Both the position numbers and the translations under genes were made by a program. Shown here in pieces: positions 36,887-49,489 of a DNA stretch of 64,000 nucleotides. The DNA comes from Eremomyces bilateralis CBS 781.70. Lineage: Eukaryota. How positions within the stretch are numbered: position 1 is the first letter of the stretch; each line of letters begins with the position of its first letter. The notes under the pieces were generated by a model. That model saw only the letters and a program-made list of their open reading frames with translations. It was not told the origin of the DNA and made no database searches. The stretch is taken from NCBI GenBank assembly GCA_010015585.1, contig ML975154.1; one strand, 5' to 3'.

Positions 36887-38577
36887 TCATTGTTGCTCCG
36901 TGGTATCCAGCCAACCCCGACACATCTCCACCGCCCGCTCCCAGCGCGTGAACATCTTCGCGCTCGCCTCCTTCGACAGCACCGGCTCGAAATGTGTTCG
37001 ATCCCGGCGACTCATCGCCATCAGTTCGTCGAGATTTTGCCAGAGGCCCACGCCGAACCCCGCGGCGATGGCAGCGCCGAGACTGGTCGTTTCTCGCATC
37101 GCGGGTCGGTCGACGGGGATTCCAATCAGGTCGGCTTGGGTCTAGAAAATGGTTGGCTGGTGTTCCTGGGCGTTGCAGGTGTCAAAAACCACCGGGGCGG
37201 ATCACTTACCTGCATGCAGATTTCGGAATTGCTCATCCCGCCGTCCACTGCCAGCTTGGCGAGCGACTGGCCGCTGTCCTTCTCCATGGCGTCCAGGATT
37301 GCCTTCGTCTGGAAGCAGGCGGCCTCGAACGTGGCGCGCACGATGTGGCCCTTCTGTGTATGCTGGGTGATGCCGAAGATGGTACCTTTGGCATCGTCGA
37401 TCCAGTAGGGCGCGAAGAGGCCGCTAAACGCGGTGACGAAGACGCACCCGCCGTTGTCGTCGACGGATTCCGCCAGCGCATTGATGTCGTCGGATTGCGT
37501 GGCGAAGCCGAGGTTTTGCATTAGGAAGGTGATGCCGCTGCCGGCCACCGCGACGCTGCCCTCGAGCGCGTACACTGGCTTCAGTGGGCGTCCGAAGTCG
37601 TAGGCAACGGTTGCTAGGAGACCGTGCTTGGAGATCACCGGCTCGTTGCCGACGTTGTAGAGCAGGAAACATCCGGTTCCGTACGTGTTCTTCGCCGATC
37701 CGGGCGAGAAGCCCAATTGGCCGACCAACGCAGCAGATTGGTCTCCCAGACATCCGGTGATCGGAGTCCCCTTCAATCGACTGACGCCCAACTTCCCGTA
37801 GTCCGTCGCGGAAGACGACGGCACAATGGACGGAAGGTGGATCTTGGACCGATCCAGACCGAAGAACTGGAGGTGCTTCTCCTCGTACTGCAGGGTCTTC
37901 AGGTTCATGAACATCGTCCGTGACGCGTTCGTGGCGTCGGTCACGAACACGCCGCCGTCCTTTCCGCCGGTGAGTCGGTACAGCAGCCACGTATCGACCG
38001 TCCCGAACATCAGGCGTCCGGCATCGTAGGCATTTCGAACCGCCTCCACGTTTCGAAGCAGCCACAGCAGCTTCAGGGATGACGGATATGTCGACAGTGG
38101 CAATCCGCACACGGACCGGAGGTCGTCCGCGCCGTCTTTCGCCTTTAGTTCGCGGACGATCGAGGTGGTTCGAGTATCGGGCCATGCGATCGCATTATGC
38201 AACGCCTCGCCGGTCTCCCGGTCCCAGACCAGCATCGTCTCACGCTGGTTGGTAAGACCGACGCATTTGATGTCCGACACGTCGTGGCCTTGCTGGGCGA
38301 ACTTCTCGACGGCCTTGTCAATGCAGTCGACGACGGACGAGATAAGAACGTCGGGGTCGTGCTCATGCCATCTATGTTGTCGTCAGCTGCAATGGTTCTG
38401 AATCGCAAGCCTCCACGGCCGAAATCCGACGGTTTCCACATACCCTGACTTGGGATGGATTTGCTTGAACTCTTGCTGATGTCTCGCAACCGGATGGCCT
38501 AGTAGATCGAAGACGATAAACCTCGTGCTGGAGGTGCCGTGATCTATGGCACCGATAAACGTCTTCTCGGATGTCAT
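36887..38577 (-). CDS. GUT1: Glycerol kinase, 3 exons
   Basis: GAIDHGTSSTRF, GLTNQRET, TDATNASRT, GDQSAALVG, KNTYGTGCF, FSGLFAPYW, VDGGM, RETTSLGAA; exons 38577-38444, 38371-37210, 37141-36887. Confidence 0.95.
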
Positions 38578-39580
38578 ATTAAGATGCTGATCATGGAGTC
38601 CGAATTGTGGAATTCCAACAGCGGTGTTGCTGCCGGTGTGTAGATGCCGTCGATTGGGATAGATGGGGCGTGAGAATCTCAACGGCGTGGAGTTCCTATT
38701 CCAGAAGTTTGATCTATAACGCACCATCAGTTTCTATTATACGCAACAATTCCCTTGTGGGACAGATGTAAACAAAGGCGCTTTGATGGACAGTACCTGG
38801 ATAGACGGTGTTTGGTGTGAACAGTTCCTTACAGCGCAATCGTCAGAAAAGACTTCTAGCAGTAGGCTTGGCGACAGCGCAAGGTAATCATACCATTTAA
38901 CGTACTCTGATTCCTCCAAACGACTTGTTCGTTCTTACGCTCCCTCCATTGCGGCGACGGCGATTTAAGAAGATCCTTTCTGCCAACTTGCGTGTGACAC
39001 TGCGAGACGAGGGGTAATTCGGAGCTTTTCCTCAGGCTCCCCCTCCAAACTCGCGGCATCCTTTCCCGAAACGCGAATCTCCCGTCACCTGTGCCGACAA
39101 ACCATGCACATCGATGCCTTGTAGCCTGACACGCGAGACCCGACGCGACCGACGGCAATATCGGATGAACGAACCGACGACGACAACACGAGATGGATGT
39201 CAATCTGCACGCGGCAAACGCGAAGGAATTGATGGGGAGGAATTTTTCCGGATCACGATGGAACGTCTCGATTGCAAGCTCTGGTTGAGCCGTTGGTCCT
39301 TGGTCCGATTCTGTTCAGCTGCGAAGAGAGTACCTGAGAAGTTGCGGAGAAAATCAGGAACATCGGGGTCCCGGGGGTGAATGGACTAGGTCCACAGTTA
39401 CTGGCGCCGGGAAAAGTCGCAGATGATGATTATTAGACACGCTAAGGATGCTCTGGAAGCTCTGGGGCTTGGGGCACTGGAACTCCTCCGATAAGCGGAA
39501 ATGTTCGTCGATTTAATTCATCCTTTGCTCCATCTCCGGCTCAATGCCCTTGGGCCACAGGAGAACCCTCAATCCATCCC

Positions 39581-40778
39581 TCACCCCCCCTCCTCTGCCT
39601 GGATCTTCTCCCCCTTATTCTTCTCAATCCTCAACTCGTCCGTGAAGTTTCGAAACCGACTCATCGGCCCCCGATGCACCACCACCTTATCCTTCACCAT
39701 CGACCTCGCAATCAACGACACGCAGATCGCCGCGCCCACCACGAACGTCAGCACGAACCGGTAGGTCGAATACCACGGCGGCGCCCAACCGCGCACCGTC
39801 GCCGCCGTGTCCGCGTAATATAGCAGTACGAACGCCGCGAACTGGGAGATGAGCGCCGTCTCTGCCTCTAGTAGAATCGTGGGCCACGCGAACGCCGTCG
39901 CGAACACGCCGATCGCGTAGCGCTTGTAGCTGTGGTGGCCGCCGTAGCCGGCCCATTCCATGCCCCAGTGGACGGCGCCGAGGAAGGAAAGGATCTGGTT
40001 GTTCAGCAGCGTCCTGTAAACGACGATGTGCGTGGAGGACTTACCACCGCCCCATAGCCAACCTGAAGAGGTTCCAGGATTTGGAGAAACATCTCGGCGC
40101 CTTTCGCGGTGAACAGGTAGCCGGTGGCCGTCGTGTCGGCGGTGATGATCTCGCTCGCGCAGAGGAACGTCCCTGCAGAAGTAACAAAGTACGGCACGAC
40201 GCCCGCGAGACCAATGATCATCGCGTCTCTAGGCACCGCTTTCAGCGAGAACGTGTCCTGAATGGTGTTCTGTGAAGGGATCTATTAGGTTTGTTCGTCA
40301 CTGTCGTGCTTGCAGGTCATACTATGTCAGATCGGACTGCCGCCAACATATCAATGTCGGGTTCCTCTATGCCAGAAGGAGGCGCCAGTGGCTGTTGACC
40401 CCCTGTCGAGCTGAGGATCGATTGCGTCGACGACGTGGTCGACACCGTCTCCGGGGTCGGTATCAACGTCGTCTTCTGCATCTTGGCTTCCGCTTCGACG
40501 TCGCGCTTGTCGTATGGCCCGCTTCCACCCGCCGATGGACCGATCGTCTTGGTGTTGACGGTCTTGGTATTGACTTGGCGGATGACATGGCGGAATTGAG
40601 CGTTGGATATCGCTTTCACAGCCGGTGATGGGTGTCGGAGGGAGGAGATGTAGAGACTGGAGCGGAATTGGGTCGTCGTTCGGAGGATGTGCTGGGGAAT
40701 GGCGCGTGGTCGAGCTCGCGTTGCGGCGAGGGTACTAGCAAGGAGGCAGCGAGTGGAGGCAGAGCGAAGGGCTGCCAT
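39581..40778 (-). CDS. DUF3429 mitochondrial membrane protein, 3 exons
   Basis: Mitochondrial presequence-like N-terminus; GLAGVVPY; QVGYGAV-intron-ILSFLGAVHWGMEWAGYGG; GWAPPWYSTYRFVLT. The 3' end is slightly uncertain. Confidence 0.82.
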
Positions 40779-41514
40779 GATGTAGTTCTGGACACTTTCC
40801 GCTGGGCAGCTATTTTATTTGCTCTCCAATGGATTATTCAAGACACTTTGAGTACAAATTGAGACCAGATCAATGAAGGACATTGAATACCTATACGGGA
40901 ATCCAAGATAGTGAGCTGAAGTGCGGAGACGAGTTTCTTTTGGTATGCAGGGCCACTGCATGCTGCGTAACCCCGCCAATATATCACCACCCTACGTCAT
41001 TGGTTGCCAAACGTCTCAACAGCAATTTGTACCAGTAATATAATTTGACAGGAACGAAGTATTTACAGGATTAATTTTTTTGGACATTGAACAGGTGGGA
41101 TGGGCATTGTGCTTCCACGTCCTGAATTGTGGTTCTTAGTTGAATTGGCCGACTAGCCGCTTCAATGGTGCCTAGTTCAATCCATCCACTGACCCAGGAA
41201 TTCCTTTACGCCAATGAATTATATCTCGGAGCAACTCACCATATGTATCTACGTGATTAAAGGTGCCGAGACTCTATACTCGACAAATAGATATGCAATG
41301 GTACAGGTTGCGACTACCTCACGCCTAGCCCTCAGGTCATGCAACAGATGTTCCGAGCATTCCTAAATCTAGGGAATCAGATCAGCGACATCGGGTGTAT
41401 CGATACACCTCATATTGTTTGCCAGCTATTACGATCAATCATGCATAAACCTTAAATGGCATAACATAGTATACCGAAGAAAAGGCATGCCGACATACCC
41501 CTTAACTCCCCAAC

Positions 41515-42354
41515 TCAAGGTTCCTGAACTCGCTTCTCTCTATCCCCCTTCGTCCGTTTCCTCCAACTCCACACCCCATTGTCCACCTCCTCCCTCGTCA
41601 CCCCGTCCCGCACCAAATACATGATGGCGCCCAGCGTTTCCACGTCCCGATTCCTCATCTCGTCGTCGAAGAACAGCATCTCGTCGTAGGGGATGCCCGT
41701 CCGCTCGTGGATTTTCTGGAAATGCGTGGTCTTGCTGGCGGAGTAGATTTGCAGGTCGTCAAAGAAGTCGATGGATTTCTCGGACGGGAGGCCGTCAGGC
41801 GAGATGCGGAGCAGTCTTAGCATTTCTCGTGCCAGTTCGGGGGCTTGAGACCGTGAGGCCGCGGCAATTTTGATGCCGCTTTGTCGGAGCTGTGTCAACA
41901 GTTAGTGCTAGGTACTTTGGCTGTTCTTGAACTATAACAAAGAGCAATGGAAGATCTGGTCAGAATTGCAGGCGTACACGTGGTTATGCAATATCAAAGG
42001 GTCCAACCGCATAACAGTAGTTGGCGAGAAGAGTCTTAAACGACAATTGTTTTAATGAGATAGAGATGAAGAACAATAACTTACTCCGACCAGAATATCT
42101 GACACTTGATCATAAAACGCGAATTGCTCTCCCAACCTATCCTTCGCTTTCGTTCCGTCCTCCACAGCTTTCAGAGGCGGCGTCACATGCGTATCGACCC
42201 AGAACGGCCATAAAGTATAATCGAGATCGAATACAAATAGCGTGGGTAGTGTCAGGCCATCTGTGAAGGTCGATGGCAACTCCTCAGGGGCTGATGGGGC
42301 CGATGAAGATGTCTCCTTGGACGAGCCAATTCTCGATGTCCATCGTCGTGGCAT
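41515..42354 (-). CDS. Magnesium-dependent phosphatase 1 (HAD family), 2 exons
   Basis: VFDLDYTLWPFWVDTH, AASRS, KTTHF, MLFFDDEMRN; intron about 42084-41890. Confidence 0.9.
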
Positions 42355-43913
42355 GGTTTGGGTCGACGATGAGATAAGTTTGTGCCTATGATAATGCCGA
42401 GACCGGATGAAGGGCTTAGCAAATCTCGAACCCGCTCAGTGGCTGGATATACAATAAAATTGAATCCCCTTCGTATTAATATCGCTCGGGAAGATAGAGC
42501 GGCTCGCTTGGTTGGGTTTCGGTCGTCTCGGGCGCCTGAGTCCACACAAAGCTTGGTCTTCTCTCGGTCTGTCTATTGTCTATACAAAAAATTCCGTTCT
42601 CGATAGTCTAACTCGCTGAATTTAGGTATCATGGCTGGCGGACGTCCTCAATTTTCTGTATTCATAATCAAAGGGCCCTTTGGGTTTGATACTCCATTAC
42701 CGGGGTAACCATACTAGCAGCCCACACACAGCTTGACGTCATCTCCATCAGGGGTTAAATCTCCGCTTCAACCTCCTCTACATTCGCTCGAGTTTGAGCA
42801 ATATTCATTGGGGGTTGAAATTTGAATAGCATGTTCAACGATGCCGTGTAGGAAGCTCCAATCTAATTATCTTCCAGCCGTAAAAAAACACCTGGTTCTA
42901 ACTACCAAGCCCTCCGCGATGCTCTCTCTCAATGCGGAGAAGCACTAAATACCTAACCCCTGAAGTTACATCGCAGCAACCCAATACCCACCACAACCTC
43001 CAGTATCCTGGCTGAATCTCCCCACAACACTTCCACGATTCTGGGAGCTTGTCCGCGACCGACCGACCTTTCCAGTTTCCACATCATTCCTCAGAAATTA
43101 CGAAAGGATCACCTTCCTCTCCAGGTTTCTTACTCCGCTTCCCCGAAAATTGATCGTCGGTCAGCTTGCAGGATCCCGCTGGGGTATGCATCAATCCTAT
43201 TGCTCGCAGGACGGAGCCCTACGAGAGCGACATGGACGACAGACTTGGACCATGAACTATATCGGTTCCCGGCCGCCGTTCTGAGTAATCGGTCCTATTC
43301 CCTAGCAATACTATCCTTATGGTTAACCCGATGTCACTTCATAACCGTTGGGCAACGCCGCGCGATGGTGACCGGTTGCGGTTGGCTTTAATGCCTGTTC
43401 CGGACTGAATTGCGCATGATGTGGTAACTTTTAGTATTGCACTAAGTCATCAGCAAATGAAAAGGCTAACGAAACCCCTCGCAGCCCAATTGAAAGGCGC
43501 AAAGGGTCTCGGGGACGGGCACTAATGGCCCCCGAAGGCACCGGGACCGTGGTGCCGTGGTCCTTCAATCTGGGCTGTGAACGGGCTTACCGTTGGCCTT
43601 TTATTTTCTGATGACTGAGCGTAATACTAAAATCATCACGACTGTTCGCAATTTACCATGGAGTTTGGTCTGGGCCCGTTTTAAATCCTTGGTAACTATC
43701 CCCAGGCCGTGATTGCCGTTTGCGGGGTGGGATGGAGGATCATGAAAATCAATCCCCAGTTCGGAAGGCAGCATCGGATTATTGGGAACCTGCACGATCC
43801 TAATGGACCCTCGTTCCCAGCATATAAGGATTGGGGATGATCTCTAATTCTATAAATCCCAATTGAAGCAAATCTGCAAAGGAGAGGGCAGACTGCAAAG
43901 GAGCAAAATTGGC

Positions 43914-46722
43914 ATGATGCGCACTTGGATCGTCCATTTGATATTGGCGTCAGCCACAGCCGCCGCAAGCGTCGATTCATGCCCTGGATATGCAGCCTCA
44001 AACGTCAAGAAGGGGCACGGTGGCTTAACTGCGGATTTGACCCTTGCTGGGACGGCCTGCGATGCATATGGTTACGACATCAAGAATTTGAAGCTGGAAG
44101 TGGAATATCAGTCTGGTAGGCATCTGAACTCGGACTGGAATTTTTACACTGATCCACTCTAGCATCTCGACTGCATGTTAAGATTTACGATGCCGAGGAG
44201 AATGTGTACCAGGTGCCCGAAAGCGTACTGCCACTGCCGTCACCGGCCAATGTCCAAGGCGCGGGATCAGATTTGGTTTTTGACTATGAGGAAAAGCCTT
44301 TCTCATTTTCCGTATCTCGAAAAGGTTCGAAAGAGAAGCTGTTCGATACGAAAGGGTCAAACATTATTTTCGAGTCGCAGTACCTTCGATTGAGGACCAG
44401 CTTACCGGAATCACCGAATCTTTATGGGCTGGGGGAAACTACGGATCCTTTCCAGTTGAACACTTCGGACTATACGACGACGATGTGGGCTCGAGATGCA
44501 TACGGTGTCCCTACCGGGACAAATCTGTACGGTGTCCATCCGGTGTACTACGAACACAGAGCGGAATCTGGGACCCATGCAGTGTTCCTGCGCAATTCCA
44601 ATGGTATGGATATCAAGATCAACTCAACCTCGGAGTTGGGACAGTATTTGGAGTACAATACTCTAGGGGGAGTGTTCGACTTCTACTTCCTTGCAGGTCC
44701 ATCTCCCGTCGAGGCGTCTCAGCAATACGCCGACCTCGTCGGACATGCGGCCATGATGCCATACTTTGGGCTTGGTTTCCACCAGTGCCGATATGGTTAC
44801 CGAGACATCTATGAAGTTGCCGAAGTCGTCTCGAATTACTCCCAGGCTGGGATCCCCCTCGAAGTGATGTGTACGTTTCTCTAATTTTTTGTTTCCGGAT
44901 ATGAACTTCGTTGATCCAATGATAGGGACTGATATTGATTACATGGAACTACGCAAGTCCTTCACTCTAGATCCTGAGCGATTCTCCCTTCCGCTCATGC
45001 GGGAACTAATAAGCTATCTGCATGATCATCAACAATCCTACATCGTCATGGTGGATCCTGCGATTGCATATGAAGACTATGAGGCCTTCAACAAGGGTGT
45101 TGAGCTAGACGTGTTCATGAAGATTGAAGATGCCAGCATATTCCAAGGAGTTGTATGGCCAGGAGTCACCGCGTTTCCAGACTGGTTTGCACCCAATGCA
45201 GGGAAATACTGGAACGACGAATTCGCTTCCTTCTTCAATGCAGAAACTGGTGTGGACATTGATGCCTTATGGTGAGTTTTATTCTCAGCATGCTCATAAT
45301 ATCCATTGGGCTTACATTGTTAGGATCGATATGAACGAGCCCGCCAACTTTTGCAACTACCCCTGCGAAGACCCTGAAGCGTTCGCGGAAGAGAACGATA
45401 ACCCTCCTGACCCGCCACCGATCCGTGGAGATGATCGTCCGACAATTCCTGGATTTCCAGGAAACTTCCAACCTGGATCCTCCAATAGTCGCATTCGCGG
45501 GAGGCGACAGTCAGGGAATAAGATGGGCCTGCCAGGGCGGAACCTTATCGATCCGCCCTACATGATTGATAATGAAGCCGGCTCACTCAGTAATAAGACG
45601 GTGAATTCCAACCTCATCCATGCAAACGGACTGACTGAGTATGACACTCACAATTTATACGGTACGATGATGTCTGAGGCATCCCGAGAAGCGATGATTT
45701 CTCGCCGTCCTGGCCGCCGCCCGCTCATCATCACAAGAAGCACATTTGCGGGCGCCGGTCGTCAAGTTGGGCACTGGTGCGGTGACAATCTTAGCACCTG
45801 GGATCAGTACAGGTTCTCCATCCAACAGCTTCTCGACTTCGCCGCGCTCTTCCAAGTTCCCATGGTCGGTTCCGACGTGTGTGGCTTTGGCGACAATACC
45901 ACCGAGACGCTCTGTGCTCGCTGGGCGACCTTGGGGGCGTTCTATACATTCTATCGCAACCACAACAACCTGGGCGGTATTGGGCAGGAATTTTACCGCT
46001 GGCCACTGGTCACCGAGGCAGCGAAGACGGCGATCGATGCACGGTACCGGCTCCTCGATTATATCTACACGGCGATGTACCAGCAGACTCGCACCGGTGC
46101 CCCGGCGATCAACCCCCTGTTTTACTTGTATCCGAACGATGCGAACACGTTTCCAATCGCGCTACAATTCTTCTTCGGGCCGTCGATCCTCGTCAGCCCC
46201 GTCCACGAGGAGAATGCAACCTCCGTGGACATCTATCTACCTGACGACATCTTCTACGACTTCTGGACCTTGAAGCCGGTGCGCGGATCGGGCGACTGGA
46301 TACATCTGGACGACGTGCCGTTCACCACCATCCCACTCCACTACAAGGGTGGCTCCATCGTCCCGCTGCGAGCGAACAGCGCCAACACGACTACGGAGCT
46401 GCGGAAGGAGAACTTCCATCTAGTCATCGCGCCGGGGCTAGATGGCAAAGCAAGCGGATCGCTCTATCTCGATGATGGCGATAGCTTAGAGCAATCGGGC
46501 ATCTCGGATATAGGGTTTGAGTATAACGGGAAGAAGCTGAGGGTTAAGGGACGGTTTGATTATCCGACGGACTTGGTGATTGAGGCGGTTACGGTGCTGG
46601 GGAAGGAGATTCCATTGGGGGGCGCTGGAAAGTTGAAGAGGGCGTTCAATGCGGAAGCGCGGATCGAGACACTTTCCACGAGGATATCCCTTAATGAGGA
46701 GACGGAGATTGATGTATCCTAG
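43914..46722 (+). CDS. Secreted GH31 alpha-glucosidase, 4 exons
   Basis: Signal peptide then [33 protein letters not shown]; nucleophile motif WIDMNEP across an intron; acid/base GHWCGDN; YLDDGDS. Confidence 0.95.
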
Positions 46723-47367
46723 CTCGATTCCGTTGCGGATATTGTCTAATTCGGAGCACAGCTTTCGAGCATTCTTGGATTCGAGGTTGTTTGGATCAAC
46801 CGTCAGGGAAAAATCCCAGAAGTATATCGTTAATGTTCTATTTGTGCCAAAAGCTAGTCGAGTGGTTGCAGCTATTAAGATACGGGAGATGCTTCATGTA
46901 CATCCCGCTTCCCCCGCATACATCTCATCAGAATCCTGCGTTTTGGTTAGTCCATTCAAAGAAAATGCACTGACCGCGAAGACGTCCCACTCGCCACTTG
47001 AGCACCGTGAGATCCCTATCCACGACATTGACCCTCATTGGCATTATTCTCGAGAGCCTGTGTACGGACCGATCGCCTTACTGTACGAACATATTCAAGA
47101 TCCGCAAGTAAAACGGCGACGCGGGTGACCTGCATCCTAGACGACCTCCTCTCAACCCGTCACCCAACGAGCACCTTCCACAGACCCCGGGGCACAACAA
47201 GGAGCACGGCAAGGGGAGAACGGAGCGGGACATAAGCACAGGCACAGGAGGTCGGAGCCCCCAGGACCCACAGTCGGAGGGACTCGAGTAGCTACTAGCT
47301 AGCGAGCCCTCAAGACCCCCCACTTGGGGCGATAGAGACGATCCGGGCGAGATGTGTCACGCAAAAG

Positions 47368-47450
47368 TGTCGCAAGATGCCCCTGTTGGTTTCTACTGCC
47401 ACCTAACATTCCTTTCACTGCCCTCTACCCCTGGGCTAGGCCTAATCAGG
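47368..47450 (+). repeat. Degenerate direct repeat, copy A (starts TGT, LTR-end-like)
   Basis: tgtcgcaagatgcccctgttggtttctactgcca matches 50341-50373 at 29 of 34 aligned positions, with patchy similarity beyond. Confidence 0.55.
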
Positions 47451-47491
47451 ACTCTTCAGTCTTCTCCTATGTATTTAAGTTATCTTCATCT

Positions 47492-48050
47492 ACGCGATAC
47501 AATTTGGCCAGACGGCCAGCCTACAGACCTTCGGATCCTCCTAGGAACCGCCGCAGGCGCCCCAAAAGCAACAAAACTATTGCTCCAAACAGGCCTTCTA
47601 AGCCAATTCAGGCAACTGAAGACCGCGATCCAACTCACCTAGCCTACCACCGATGTTGCATCTCTGATCAACATTAACAGTAAGTCTCCACCGACACCGT
47701 GTGAAGACGGATAGTACCAACGTCCCGAAACAAACAAAGCCTAATGATAAAGCATCCCAGGCGGGAGTTATACTGCTTTAACCTTTCTCCTTGTAGAACC
47801 CCTACCATTGTCTATGGTCTTTCCGAGGGTTTTTTCCTAATTGTTTGATGCTATCCAGTTCGGGAGTCTTAGCACTCCCTTGGGTATAGATGAGGCGGGG
47901 GCCGATGGCCCCCGCACTGTTCGCCCTGCCCATATCTAGTTCTAGCCCACCGGAGACGGTGAGGCTGCCCGCCTGTAAAAATAGAAATACCCAGCATAGC
48001 GGCTCTTAAAGCCAGCTGAAATGGAGTAGGATTTTTAAAAAAAAAAAAAA
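47492..48050 (+). mobile_element. 5'-truncated non-LTR retrotransposon (LINE, probably Tad-like) with poly(A) tail and target-site duplication
   Basis: AAGTTATCTTCATCT occurs at 47477-47491 and 48051-48065. The A-run at 48037-48052 overlaps the start of the second copy. The insert begins with an ORF2 C-terminus-like peptide RDTIWPDGQPTDLRILLG...LLLQTGLLSQFR* followed by a 3' UTR. Confidence 0.85.
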
Positions 48051-48052
48051 AA

Positions 48053-48184
48053 GTTATCTTCATCTGGCTTACTAGCTAGATCTCCTTTTCTAGAGAATGG
48101 GAATCGTTAATATCAATTTGCGTTAGTTAACGATTCCCATTATCTAGGAAAGGAGATCTAGCTAGTAAGCCAGATGAAGTTAAC
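48053..48184. repeat. Inverted repeat / hairpin with 58-bp arms (3 mismatches) and a 16-nt loop
   Basis: 48053-48110 is the reverse complement of 48127-48184 except at three positions; loop tatcaatttgcgttag. Confidence 0.95.
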
Positions 48185-48295
48185 AATGGTTTGGGGTGAT
48201 AAATCCTGCCATGGGATATACTATCGAAGTAAGCGGAACCATGGTAATGGATTCTTTCATCTTCTACACTATCTATCCGGTGCTAAACTAGCCGA

Positions 48296-49489
48296 TTACA
48301 ACGGGGGCGCGCCTGGGTCCTCCATACACTGATCGACCCTCATTATCTGTTTACCAGTCGCCTTGGCAATCTGGATAAACTGCCTTATATACGACACGGT
48401 GCTCGGGTACAGATAATGCATAACGACTAAGTTCCCGCCCTTGCTAATGTCCCGCTGGAACGCCTCGAGCTGCTTCTCCGGCGTCGGTCCCTCTGCCCAC
48501 AGCCAGTCCTCGATATCGATACTCCAGTTAATAATGGACGGGTCGTCCGTTCCCGTGGCGGCGGCGAGTCGCTGGCGCATACGAGCGCCCTCGTTTCCGT
48601 AGGGTGGGCGAAAGTACGAGGTACGTAGGCCGTTCAGTTGCTCAGCGACGGCGGCGATATCCTCGTTGTACTCGTAGTCGATGGCCTCGTAGTCGGGTAG
48701 TCCCTCCATCTTCGGGTGGGTATAGGAATGAAGGGCGACCTGGTGCCCTTGGGATAGCATCTCGTTATAGACGTTGCTGAGGTTGGTAGAAGGATCCCGG
48801 AGTGGGGCACCGACGGTAAAGAAGGTCACCTTAATATCCTCTTCCTTAATAATCTGCATAACCTCCTGGGCGAAGACCGGGTCTCCATCATCGATGCCAA
48901 AGGCAAACGAGTTAGGGCGCTTGCAAGCGAAGTAGAGACTTCCTGATGGCTCCTTAACGGGGATAGGAAAGCCGTCAGGCACGGAGGGGACGATCTCGAC
49001 CTTCGAGAAAGTAGTAGGCTCTGTAGTATACCATGCCTTTAATGCAACTCCGAGAACGCGGGTCTTGTCGATATTGAAGTGTGATATAGGCATATAGATG
49101 TCGTTATTCTGCGCATACCGAGCCGCTTCGAGAGAGTCCCATGTTTCGGGGTAGGGAGCAATCGCTTCGTTACATTCGGAGTTATGCTGCTGAAGCGAAA
49201 CGGTGAACTTGGTGCTACCGCTGTATTGGATATGAAGGTAGGAGCCGTTGTCCTCAGTCAAGTCTTCACACGTAGCGGAAACTTGGGTATAAAAAGAGTA
49301 GTCCGAATCTGGCGAAGAGACCTCTAGCTGCTGGTTGCCCCAGTTCAAGGTCATCCCCTCGTCCGCACCATGCCAGAATCCAAGATCGTTAGATGCAGAG
49401 TTACTAAAAGTGTCGATAACCAGGGCTGTGGCTTCCTGGCTCTGCGCCAACAAAGCCACCAGAGCGGTGGCGAGATGGCCGGGCAGCAT
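48296..49489 (-). CDS. Secreted CE4 (NodB) polysaccharide deacetylase with an extra N-terminal domain, intronless
   Basis: Signal peptide; motifs FGIDDG, HSYTHP, RPPYG, DIEDW, VMHY; about 170-aa N-terminal region before the NodB domain. Confidence 0.9.
   Translation of the reverse strand: MLPGHLATALVALLAQSQEATALVIDTFSNSASNDLGFWHGADEGMTLNWGNQQLEVSSPDSDYSFYTQVSATCEDLTEDNGSYLHIQYSGSTKFTVSLQQHNSECNEAIAPYPETWDSLEAARYAQNNDIYMPISHFNIDKTRVLGVALKAWYTTEPTTFSKVEIVPSVPDGFPIPVKEPSGSLYFACKRPNSFAFGIDDGDPVFAQEVMQIIKEEDIKVTFFTVGAPLRDPSTNLSNVYNEMLSQGHQVALHSYTHPKMEGLPDYEAIDYEYNEDIAAVAEQLNGLRTSYFRPPYGNEGARMRQRLAAATGTDDPSIINWSIDIEDWLWAEGPTPEKQLEAFQRDISKGGNLVVMHYLYPSTVSYIRQFIQIAKATGKQIMRVDQCMEDPGAPPL

Noticed and set aside
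41890..42084. Unusually long MDP-1 intron as a snoRNA host
   Set aside because: No clear C/D or H/ACA box architecture.
43700..43780. CreA-type SYGGRG and AmyR-like CGG pairs in the GH31 promoter
   Set aside because: SYGGRG is too degenerate to call, and the CGG spacing is 10 rather than the canonical 8.
47059..47360. Possible solo LTR upstream of repeat copy A
   Set aside because: Composition looks foreign, but matching TG...CA ends with a TSD could not be defined.
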